IMG/VR virus record: IMGVR_UViG_3300022934_000003
Source of the DNA: a virus
DNA: 64,000 nt
Strand: one strand, 5' to 3'
The number at the start of each line of letters is the position of its first letter. Position 1 is the stretch's first letter. Under the pieces are notes generated by a model. It did no database searches. It was not told where the DNA came from and saw only the letters and a program-made list of their open reading frames with translations. Both the position numbers and the translations under genes were made by a program. Positions 18,521 through 26,815 of the stretch are shown here, one piece after another.

Positions 18521-18703
18521 TTGAATGACGAAACAAAACGATGGAGATTAGATGTGCTAATATCAAAACATGATCACCAGCATAACATAGTAGAACAACT
18601 TATTGCTGAAGGTTGCTCAGATGATATTGTAAGCAAAGCTAAGAAAGAAAAATTATTATTAAAGGATGAAATAAGAAAATTAGAATTAGAACTAGGAGAA
18701 TAA
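18521..18703 (+). CDS. DUF465/YdcH-like coiled-coil protein
   Basis: KKEKLLLKDEI motif; AAGGAG SD, TTG start. Confidence 0.6.
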   Translation: MNDETKRWRLDVLISKHDHQHNIVEQLIAEGCSDDIVSKAKKEKLLLKDEIRKLELELGE

Positions 18704-18704
18704 C

Positions 18705-19220
18705 ATGAGTAAAGATTGGGCCCAAGATATTCATGAAATGCAAAACAAGTTCCAACTACCTAATTGGGTAAAGGATAATCCAGATAAACTTAAAGAGTTT
18801 TTAGAGTTTAGGATTCGTTTTGTTCGTGAAGAATTGGAAGAAACAGAAAAAGCGTTTGCAAATAAAATTGACGCAGAAGAAATTGTAGATGGTTTAATTG
18901 ATATATGTGTAGTTGCTATCGGCACACTTGATGCATTTAAAGTAAATTCTCATCAGGCATGGGATCAAGTTATGGAAGCTAATATGTCAAAAGAAGTTGG
19001 TGTAAAACCAGAAAGACCAAATCCACTTGGTTTACCAGATTTAATGAAACCAGAAGGTTGGCAAGCTCCATCTCATGCTGGTAATCACGGTTTATTAGCA
19101 AATCTATATCGTCTTGATAAGATTGGACAAGGACTAAAACAGCAAGTAGAATCAGGAACTTTGTCTGCAGATGATCTAGATTATATTGAAAAAATTGCAA
19201 AAAGTTTGAAAAAAGGCTAA
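18705..19220 (+). CDS. all-alpha NTP pyrophosphohydrolase (MazG/PRA-PH-like)
   Basis: EELEE...EEIVDGLIDI, ANMSK, KPEGWQAP. Confidence 0.8.
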   Translation: MSKDWAQDIHEMQNKFQLPNWVKDNPDKLKEFLEFRIRFVREELEETEKAFANKIDAEEIVDGLIDICVVAIGTLDAFKVNSHQAWDQVMEANMSKEVGVKPERPNPLGLPDLMKPEGWQAPSHAGNHGLLANLYRLDKIGQGLKQQVESGTLSADDLDYIEKIAKSLKKG

Positions 19221-19227
19221 AAAAGGG

Positions 19228-19264
19228 TTGACATCTTCTTAGAACTAGTGTATAATATAACTAT
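19228..19264 (+). promoter_or_regulatory. repeated 37-bp early promoter, copy 3
   Basis: Identical to copy 1. Confidence 0.9.
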
Positions 19265-19289
19265 ATTAAATAATAAAGCAAGGAGATTT

Positions 19290-19565
19290 ATGATTACAAA
19301 AGAAAACTTTAGAATTGAATCTAACTATCTAACATTTGTACCTTCAACTGCGAAGACTCATGCTGACTTTACTCATGTTTGTTCTAGAGATCGTAGATTC
19401 CACAAATGGACTTGTGCTAAAGTCCGTAATCTTATCATCAAAGAATTAAATGATAATAACATTACAGAAGATAAAGTTAATCGTGATCTTATTGAGTCTT
19501 TCTTAAATGACGGTGTTGTTAAAGATTACATTACTGCTAACGTACCATCTTTTATGAGAAAATAA
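19290..19565 (+). CDS. hypothetical early protein
   Basis: Start MITKENF at 19290 after AAGGAG. Confidence 0.65.
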   Translation: MITKENFRIESNYLTFVPSTAKTHADFTHVCSRDRRFHKWTCAKVRNLIIKELNDNNITEDKVNRDLIESFLNDGVVKDYITANVPSFMRK

Positions 19566-19580
19566 TTTAGGAGTTATATT

Positions 19581-19829
19581 ATGTTAAAATATGAAAATGT
19601 TGCTGAAGTTGGTGATACTATCAAAGCTTTAGATTTTGAACCTTGGGTTGGCCGTGAAGATGTTTATCTAATTGGTAAAGTTACAGATAAAGGTATGAAC
19701 GAGCTTGGTTATGCCGCTTATACAGTAAAAGTTTTAGAATCTCCAGGATTCGAATCTCGTGTTGGAACAACTATGTATGTTCCATATCAATCAAACTTTG
19801 ATTTTGAAGGTCGTGTATGCCGGGTTTAG
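19581..19829 (+). CDS. hypothetical protein (small beta-rich)
   Basis: AGGAG SD. Confidence 0.65.
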   Translation: MLKYENVAEVGDTIKALDFEPWVGREDVYLIGKVTDKGMNELGYAAYTVKVLESPGFESRVGTTMYVPYQSNFDFEGRVCRV

Positions 19830-20065
19830 TTTATTGTGATTATATTGCAGATCGTGTTAAGACTGCATTAAATATTGATTCTGAAATAGAAGGATCATTA
19901 TTACAAGAAGTAGGTAATATCGAATGGGATCTGCATCCAAAAGACGGATACTTATTATCTACAGATAAATGGCTTTATGCCACAGATATTAACGGTAATA
20001 AATATCGAATATCTGTAGAAAAAATAGAAGAAGAATATGAACGAATTGCTGATAGAGCTATTTGA
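19817..20065 (+). CDS. hypothetical protein
   Basis: Overlapping co-oriented ORF. Confidence 0.55.
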   Translation: MPGLVYCDYIADRVKTALNIDSEIEGSLLQEVGNIEWDLHPKDGYLLSTDKWLYATDINGNKYRISVEKIEEEYERIADRAI

Positions 20066-20264
20066 AAAATTAGAGCAACCATATAATAGTTTAGTTGTAT
20101 TAAAACTAGCTGATATGATAGACACTATGATAGAAGATGGTGTTTTAGATGAATCTGATGCACAAATAGCTGAAAATATCGAATTTATTTGCAAATTACC
20201 AAAAAAATAATTGAAAATAATTCTAAGTTATTGATTTTTAATGAAAACTTTTTTCACAAAAAGG

Positions 20265-20301
20265 TTGACATCTTCTTGAAACTAGTGTATAATATAACTA
20301 T
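20265..20301 (+). promoter_or_regulatory. repeated 37-bp early promoter, copy 4
   Basis: TTGACA-TCTTCTTGAAACTAGTG-TATAAT-ATAACTAT. Confidence 0.9.
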
Positions 20302-20324
20302 AAAATAAAAAATTAGGAGATATT

Positions 20325-20603
20325 ATGCGATACTACGAACCCAACTACAATCCTACTGATGCTGAGAAATACGCTGCCCATCTTGGTCGTATTCTTATGG
20401 ATTATTCAATGAACATGCCTATGAAAGGCTTATCAAATGACGAGGTCGCTCGTTCTAATCGTATGTCTGCTTTTGGTGATAGACTTACTCGTATCGGTTC
20501 AGAGTTTGGACCAAAAACCTTTAATGATGTAATCGAATCTGCTGGTGTCACTATGACAGAAGCAAAAGAATTTCTTAAACTAGCTAAAAAGGAGGACAAA
20601 TAA
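20325..20603 (+). CDS. hypothetical early protein
   Basis: AGGAG SD downstream of the promoter. Confidence 0.7.
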   Translation: MRYYEPNYNPTDAEKYAAHLGRILMDYSMNMPMKGLSNDEVARSNRMSAFGDRLTRIGSEFGPKTFNDVIESAGVTMTEAKEFLKLAKKEDK

Positions 20604-20750
20604 AATGTCAGCAATTAGCGATATTATTATTGATATTCAGGAAATGCTTGCGGAAGGTTTTCCTTCTCTAGCGATTGCTCAAGCTCTGGAAATTCCAGTA
20701 GAATGGGTTGAAGAAGAAAAAGATAAGATGAGACGTGAAGGAGATTTATA

Positions 20751-21095
20751 ATGAAATACACATTTGATGAAAATATTTTTTCTGATCTATATAAAGATGC
20801 TTATGGTGTTCGTCCTCGTGGACATGCATTCTATACTGCTTCAAATGAAGAGAAGCAAAAAATATGGGATGATACTTTACAAGCTCAGATAGATAATGAA
20901 AAATTCGAAAGAGCAGTTGAAAAAGAATGTATTAATAAGTTTGAAAAAACTGTAGATCATTTAATTAAAATTGGAGCTAATAAACGTTCTACTGCTATTC
21001 GTTGGATGATGGATGCAAGTGATGCTGCCGGTGATTGGGATTACTTCTCTTATCAAAATAACTTACCTTACGATTATCTTAAGGAGGCTTCATGA
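20751..21095 (+). CDS. hypothetical phage protein
   Basis: SDLYKDAYGVRPRG motif typical of small early phage proteins; AAGGAG SD. Confidence 0.7.
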   Translation: MKYTFDENIFSDLYKDAYGVRPRGHAFYTASNEEKQKIWDDTLQAQIDNEKFERAVEKECINKFEKTVDHLIKIGANKRSTAIRWMMDASDAAGDWDYFSYQNNLPYDYLKEAS

Positions 21096-21272
21096 ATATA
21101 GAAGAGTTTGAAACAGTATTAAAAAATCATGATTGGTTTTCTGCTATGAGTGATGATCATAGAGTATGGAAACGCGGTCAGGAAGAGTTTGCAAAAATTC
21201 GTGAGATAGTTAAAGAAAACCCACAATTTGAAAATATTTTTAATCAATATGTAGAAGAGAGGATGATATAAA

Positions 21273-21530
21273 ATGGCAGAACTAAAAAGAACCCCATGTT
21301 ACAAATTTACAGTTCAAATGAAAGAAGGAAAACCAGTTGGTAATGACGCTAAATTAGTTGAACTATTACGCCAAAATGTTAAAGCAGAAAATGTTTTTGC
21401 AAAGCGTGGTAAAAAGAAATATGTTAAATTGCAAGGACGAGGCCATCGTTATGGTAGCCGTCGTTTTTGTCGAAGTCTTCCGCTATCATTAGCAGAAAGA
21501 GCAGATGTTTATGTTTATGATCGCTATTAA
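21273..21530 (+). CDS. hypothetical protein
   Basis: GAGGA SD; VKLQGRG..ADVYVY. Confidence 0.6.
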   Translation: MAELKRTPCYKFTVQMKEGKPVGNDAKLVELLRQNVKAENVFAKRGKKKYVKLQGRGHRYGSRRFCRSLPLSLAERADVYVYDRY

Positions 21531-21598
21531 TTAGTTGACATTTACAAAAAAACATGTTATAATATACTATTAAATACTTCGCGATACAAAAATATACT

Positions 21599-22237
21599 AT
21601 GAATATAAAAGCAGAAACGAAAGGTCAAGAGACTTTTAATGTTGATGGTGAATATACACCACTCATTAATGGAATAAGGCAAGTAATGCCAGAATTACAA
21701 AAAGTTTGGAAAGAGAAGTGTATTCCAGCTTTTGAAGATTTTAAAGGTGTTAATATTGTCGAATATTTTGATTCATTACCAGTTTCACAACGATCAGTAG
21801 AAATGAGTAAACAACTTGGTGATTCAATTAATAATTATATGGAAAAGCTTTTAATTGAATTGGGTGTTGGCATTCGAGTTGAACAAGAAGATGGATATGA
21901 TTGGGTATACACTAACAATCGTGAAACTAAAATTGAAGATAAAAATGCAATGTCTCAAAAGCCAGATAATAGACAATGGGTTGGTAATAGTGGCAGTGGT
22001 AGGAAAGTTCCTATGCACCTACTAAAGAAATTTAAGATTAATGATAAACTTGAAATCATTGGTGCTCATGCTTCATTAGTTAATCTTGATAATACAACTC
22101 AATACTGGGTAAATAGTGCTGGTGCAAGATCAACACTTTCGTTTAATTGGAATGATATCAATGGTATTATTCCTGCTTATGGACACTGGGATGGTAAAAA
22201 GAAAAACTTATTCCCACGTTTTGAATCAATCAATTAA
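21599..22237 (+). CDS. hypothetical protein, possible PD-(D/E)xK restriction-like nuclease
   Basis: Helix, then DGYDW...KIEDK spacing; own TTGACA/TATAAT promoter at about 21535-21563. Confidence 0.4.
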   Translation: MNIKAETKGQETFNVDGEYTPLINGIRQVMPELQKVWKEKCIPAFEDFKGVNIVEYFDSLPVSQRSVEMSKQLGDSINNYMEKLLIELGVGIRVEQEDGYDWVYTNNRETKIEDKNAMSQKPDNRQWVGNSGSGRKVPMHLLKKFKINDKLEIIGAHASLVNLDNTTQYWVNSAGARSTLSFNWNDINGIIPAYGHWDGKKKNLFPRFESIN

Positions 22238-22249
22238 AGGTTATATGGC

Positions 22250-22639
22250 ATGAAACAAAAAGTAACAAAAACTCCCGAAGCTTCAGTAAAGTATTCTAAA
22301 AATACTCCTGAGGCTGTAAAAGTACTTCAAGAGTGTATTGATTTACAACTTAAAAAATCTAGAGATTATCAAAATCCAAACTCACCAATCAAACAAGCAG
22401 ATTATTATCCAAGTGGTGTACAAACAATTTATGAAGTTATGTGGGCTAAAATGCTTCGTATGAAATCTGTTATGGAAGCAATGAAAGCTTCTGATGGATA
22501 TGATCCTAATTTTGAAAGCCTAGAAGACAGCGCTAAAGATCTTGCTAACTATGCAAGCTTCTTTGTTTCTTATTGTCGTGGAGGTATTGGAGGACAAACT
22601 GAAGGTAAAGATATTTTCAATAAACCAATAAAGAAATAA
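22250..22639 (+). CDS. nucleotide modification-associated domain protein (Nmad1/DUF1599-like)
   Basis: LQ.KKSRDY...K.LR...ESLEDS..DL.NYA pattern. Confidence 0.7.
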   Translation: MKQKVTKTPEASVKYSKNTPEAVKVLQECIDLQLKKSRDYQNPNSPIKQADYYPSGVQTIYEVMWAKMLRMKSVMEAMKASDGYDPNFESLEDSAKDLANYASFFVSYCRGGIGGQTEGKDIFNKPIKK

Positions 22640-22651
22640 AGAGGTAATATT

Positions 22652-23347
22652 ATGATGAACGTTGCTGATATTAAAAATTACTTTGTTGGTGAACTTGAAG
22701 CTCAACGCTTTACCGTAGATAAAACTGGTGCAAAAACTATTGAGATGCTTGGTGCATCTTTTAAAGCAGATAAACCAGCCATTTTTGGAGTACCTTCTGA
22801 TGAGTATATACAAAAAGAAATCGCGTGGTATGAAAAGCAATCAACCAACATTAATGACATCTATGGTGAAGAACGTGATGCTCCTGCTGCTTGGAAATAT
22901 GCTGCTGATGCTTATGGGAATATTAATAGTAATTATGGAAAAATAGTTTTTTCTGATCAATACTATAATCAATTTGAAAATGCATTAAATGAACTGAGAA
23001 ACAATCCAGACTCTCGTAGAGCTGAAATGGTTTATAACCGTCCAAGTATTTGGAAAGAGTTTGATGAGAATGGTAAATCAGATTTTATTTGTACTAATGC
23101 ACAAACATTCTATATTCGTGATGGTAAACTTCATTTGGTTTCTCAAATGAGATCTAATGATGTTGTATTTGGTTATAAAAATGATTATGCTTGGGCTCAA
23201 TATCTAATGGATAAAATGGTTACTGCATATAATGATACTATAGATCTAGATAGTGATTACATTACTAAAGGCGATCTTATTTGGCAAGTACAAAACTTAC
23301 ACGTTTACGAAAGACATTTTGAATTAGTTGAAGCGTATGGGATGTAA
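22652..23347 (+). CDS. gp42: dCMP hydroxymethylase (thymidylate-synthase fold)
   Basis: INSNYG, DSRRA, DFICT catalytic Cys, MRSNDVVFGYKNDYAW with the cytosine-specifying Asp, LHVYERHF; all match T4 gp42 as recalled. Confidence 0.88.
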   Translation: MMNVADIKNYFVGELEAQRFTVDKTGAKTIEMLGASFKADKPAIFGVPSDEYIQKEIAWYEKQSTNINDIYGEERDAPAAWKYAADAYGNINSNYGKIVFSDQYYNQFENALNELRNNPDSRRAEMVYNRPSIWKEFDENGKSDFICTNAQTFYIRDGKLHLVSQMRSNDVVFGYKNDYAWAQYLMDKMVTAYNDTIDLDSDYITKGDLIWQVQNLHVYERHFELVEAYGM

Positions 23348-23349
23348 TT

Positions 23350-23523
23350 ATGGCTAAATATAATATACAAATAACAAAAGACGGAAAATTTTCAGCGAAT
23401 GCATGTATGGTAATTAATGAAGATCATAATACATACGTGCATGAATGTCCATTGTTTGATACTATTGATGAAGTACAAACATGGATTATTGAAAACGCTA
23501 AATATATAACAGAATGTAAATAA
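23350..23523 (+). CDS. hypothetical protein (57 aa, not in the track)
   Basis: MAKYNIQ...ECK fills the gap between gp42 and the next gene, with stop/start overlap. Confidence 0.5.
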   Translation: MAKYNIQITKDGKFSANACMVINEDHNTYVHECPLFDTIDEVQTWIIENAKYITECK

Positions 23524-23810
23524 TGAAAAAATCACCTATTAATAATATGCAGCAATTGTTAGCAATTACTGCTGAGGAATGTGGAGAATTAACTCAAGCT
23601 TGCATGAAAATAATGAGAATGAATAATACCAAACAAGGAATGTTTGATAATAACGAGTATTATAATTCTTTATTAGATGAAGTTGGAGATGTTGCTTGTA
23701 TGATTGGGTTACTTATAGAGCACGGATTTGTAGATGAAGATGTTATAACAAACCGTGCAATAGCTAAAAGAGAAAAGTTAAGACAATGGAGTACATTAAT
23801 TAATGACTGA
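23523..23810 (+). CDS. MazG-like nucleotide pyrophosphatase
   Basis: AEECGEL...LLDEVGDV. Confidence 0.75.
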   Translation: MKKSPINNMQQLLAITAEECGELTQACMKIMRMNNTKQGMFDNNEYYNSLLDEVGDVACMIGLLIEHGFVDEDVITNRAIAKREKLRQWSTLIND

Positions 23811-24252
23811 TAAGTGGGATAAGCGATTTATGAATGTCGCAAGAGAAATCTCTACGTGGAGTAAAGATCCAAGTACTAAAATTGGTGCTATCATTGTTAA
23901 TGATGAAAGACGTATTCTTGCAACTGGTTATAATGGTTTTCCAAAAGGTATTGAAGATACTGATGAAAGACTATATAATAAAGAACAAAAATATACTCGC
24001 GTAATTCATGCAGAAATGAATGCTCTTATGAATGCATTATATAATGGAGTATCAGTTAAAGATTCTACTTTATACGTATGGGGTTTACCAGTTTGTTCTG
24101 AATGTGCAAAGAATGTTATCCAAGCTGGTATTAAAAGAGTTGTAATTCCCGATTATGAAGTTATAGATTTAAGATGGGAAAAAGTTTGGTTAACTAAATC
24201 TCAGCCAATGTTTGAAGAAGCGGGTTTACAAATCTCGTATTTGGAGTTATAA
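23803..24252 (+). CDS. cd: dCMP deaminase
   Basis: [30 protein letters not shown]. Confidence 0.92.
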   Translation: MTDKWDKRFMNVAREISTWSKDPSTKIGAIIVNDERRILATGYNGFPKGIEDTDERLYNKEQKYTRVIHAEMNALMNALYNGVSVKDSTLYVWGLPVCSECAKNVIQAGIKRVVIPDYEVIDLRWEKVWLTKSQPMFEEAGLQISYLEL

Positions 24253-24259
24253 TAGTATT

Positions 24260-24592
24260 ATGAGTTATTTAGTTATAGATAATTGTGTTAAATGTAAGCA
24301 CACTGATTGTGTTGAGGTTTGTCCTGTAGACTGCTTTTATGAAGGACCTGATATGTTAGTAATCAATCCAAGCGAATGTATTGATTGTGGTGTATGTGAA
24401 CCTGAATGTCCTGTTGATGCAATTGTGTTAGAAACAGATTTAAAAGAAGATGAACGTAAGTTATGGACAGAAAGAAATGAAAAGTATTCTGAAATCTGGC
24501 CTAATATTGTAGATAAAAAAGATCCTCCATTTGATTTTGATGAGTGGGAGGGTGTACCTAATAAGTTTGAAAAATTTGTGGAGCCAAAATGA
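24260..24592 (+). CDS. fdxA: 7Fe ferredoxin (FdxA type)
   Basis: [17 protein letters not shown] and [12 protein letters not shown]; start MSYLV at 24260. Confidence 0.92.
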   Translation: MSYLVIDNCVKCKHTDCVEVCPVDCFYEGPDMLVINPSECIDCGVCEPECPVDAIVLETDLKEDERKLWTERNEKYSEIWPNIVDKKDPPFDFDEWEGVPNKFEKFVEPK

Positions 24593-25686
24593 AAAAAGTT
24601 TTAATTACTGGAATGAATAAATTACAATGTACAAAAGATTTCTTTTTGCAACAACAATTGCAAGTTGTACCTTCTCACTATTCTGTTATTCGTTCTCTTG
24701 AAGATATGGGTTATCAAGTAGAACAAAGACCTGTAGCACTTGGTGAAGATCTATCTGGTTATGATGAGGTTATTGTTTATATTCATAGTATTCAATCGTT
24801 TTGTCAATTCATTTGGTCTGGTTTATATGCAGTACATGCCCGCCCTAATTGTATTATTGCCTTTGATGATTGGCAATTTAATCAAATCTATGGAGCCATT
24901 CAAACATATAAAGAGAACCTCGAGAATGACGATCCAGGTGTTTTTAGACAATACCTATTTGATCTATGGCAGGGTAAAGAAGATAAAGAAACAGTGATGA
25001 AATATAAAGACGCATATATTGATGGCTGTAATATTATTACAAGTAAACAAAATAGATTATTAGTAAGTGCATTCGCTGGTGGTGATTTATCAACACTAGA
25101 ATTAGGATGGAGTCCAGAAAATACATACACATTTAATCCAAATCCATATCATCTTAATCGTCGTGCAGACAATGGATATGGAACTGGAACAGTGGGATTA
25201 GATAATTTCTTTGGTGATACACCAGAAAAAGAAATGAAATGGAACTTCGCTTCTCTAGTGCAAGAGAAAACGAGGAAATGGTTAAAGGCACAGCAACCTG
25301 ACGATTGGAAGTGGGAAATTGTTTATTATGGCGCTAAGCGCGGAAAATACAAGTCAGAGCGTAAAACTGAGCCCGAGATGGTGAAGGTATTCGAACAACA
25401 GTGGGGTTGTTTAATGCCAGGATACTTTCACGCAGGATCCGGGTGGTGGCGAGCACGCCCGCTTCAGGTTGCCGATGCCGGTTCTATTATCATTGGTGAT
25501 AAACCAGAAATGATGGTATATTATCAAGATGATTATTTAGCGGGACTAAAAGTTTCAGATGTAGAAGCAATGGATCTTACACAACTTAAACAAACTGCTC
25601 AAGCACAAAGAGATGCATTATATGATAATCATCCTCTAGATAAAAAAGTACAACAAGAAGAAATGAAGAATATTTTAGAAGCATGA
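24589..25686 (+). CDS. GT-B glycosyltransferase, T4 beta-glucosyltransferase-like (putative DNA glycosyltransferase)
   Basis: Colinear by-eye similarity to T4 BGT as recalled: VPS..EDMG.QV, YDEVIVY, AFDDW (cf. LFTDI, D100), IVYYG..R, RARPLQ (cf. TLRVWE), similar length. Confidence 0.6.
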   Translation: MKKVLITGMNKLQCTKDFFLQQQLQVVPSHYSVIRSLEDMGYQVEQRPVALGEDLSGYDEVIVYIHSIQSFCQFIWSGLYAVHARPNCIIAFDDWQFNQIYGAIQTYKENLENDDPGVFRQYLFDLWQGKEDKETVMKYKDAYIDGCNIITSKQNRLLVSAFAGGDLSTLELGWSPENTYTFNPNPYHLNRRADNGYGTGTVGLDNFFGDTPEKEMKWNFASLVQEKTRKWLKAQQPDDWKWEIVYYGAKRGKYKSERKTEPEMVKVFEQQWGCLMPGYFHAGSGWWRARPLQVADAGSIIIGDKPEMMVYYQDDYLAGLKVSDVEAMDLTQLKQTAQAQRDALYDNHPLDKKVQQEEMKNILEA

Positions 25687-26702
25687 ATATATTAGTAGTA
25701 GGCGCAGGATTATCAGGAGTAACAATTGCACGTGAGATGGCTGAAGCCGGACATATTGTAGATGTAATTGATAAACGCGATCATATTGCTGGTAATGCTT
25801 ATGATTATATTAATGAATATGGTATTCGTGTACATCAATATGGACCCCATTTATTTCATACAAATAATAAAGAAGTGTTTTCTTATCTTTCTAAATTTAC
25901 CGAATGGGTTCCATATAAGCATAAAGTGAAAGCATTATTAGAAGATGGTCGTTATGCAACTCTACCAGTAAATAAAGAAACAAAAGAAATGGTTGGTGAA
26001 TCAAATGTACTTGATATTTTCTTTAGACCATATACAAAGAAAATGTGGGGAGTTGAGCTTGATGAATTAAATCCTGATATTGTAAATCGTGTTCCAATTC
26101 GTGATGATGATAACGAATATTATTTTCCAAACGATGCATATCAGTTTATGCCAAAAGACGGTTATACTAAAATGGTGGAAAATATTTTATCTCATATAAA
26201 CATTACGGTAAAATTGAAAACAGAATACGATAAAGAAATGAATAGTCATTATGATCATGTATTTAATTCAATGCCAATTGATCAGTATTTTGATTTTAAA
26301 CATGGAGACTTACCATATCGATCTATTAAATTTGAAACTATAACAGTACCATTACCTATAGCATTACCAACTGCTACAGTTAATTTTACTCATGATGGTC
26401 CACAAACTAGAGTAACAGAATGGAAGCGCATCCCGTTTCATGGTATAAATAAATATCATACAACATTAACTTTTGAAACTCCGTGTGATTATAAAGATAA
26501 TAATATGGAGCGTTACTATCCTATTAAAGATAAAGATGGTACAAATAGAAAGTTATATGAACAGTATAAAAGTGAGCAACCGGATAATATGACTTTTATC
26601 GGTAGATGTGGATTATATGCGTATTTAGATATGCATCAAGCTGTAAATTCTGCATTAGCTACCGCAAAAAGATTTTTAGAGAATGAAACACGAAACCAGT
26701 GA
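25683..26702 (+). CDS. glf: UDP-galactopyranose mutase
   Basis: VGAGLSG FAD motif, HIAGNAYD, HQYGPHLFHT, YTKKMWG, LPYRS, RYYP, GRCGLYAYLDM. Confidence 0.93.
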   Translation: MNILVVGAGLSGVTIAREMAEAGHIVDVIDKRDHIAGNAYDYINEYGIRVHQYGPHLFHTNNKEVFSYLSKFTEWVPYKHKVKALLEDGRYATLPVNKETKEMVGESNVLDIFFRPYTKKMWGVELDELNPDIVNRVPIRDDDNEYYFPNDAYQFMPKDGYTKMVENILSHINITVKLKTEYDKEMNSHYDHVFNSMPIDQYFDFKHGDLPYRSIKFETITVPLPIALPTATVNFTHDGPQTRVTEWKRIPFHGINKYHTTLTFETPCDYKDNNMERYYPIKDKDGTNRKLYEQYKSEQPDNMTFIGRCGLYAYLDMHQAVNSALATAKRFLENETRNQ

Positions 26703-26815
26703 AAGTATTCCTATTAAATATTTAGATCGAGCAAAATATTTGATCGATAAAGGTTATGTCGTGAAACAAAATGCTGAGAAATTAGCATATAAAATATGGA
26801 AAAAGAATAAAGATA

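Noticed and set aside
22652-23347. Calling this gene thymidylate synthase or dUMP hydroxymethylase
   Set aside because: It has Asp rather than Asn at the specificity position (KNDYAW) and gp42-type motifs throughout.
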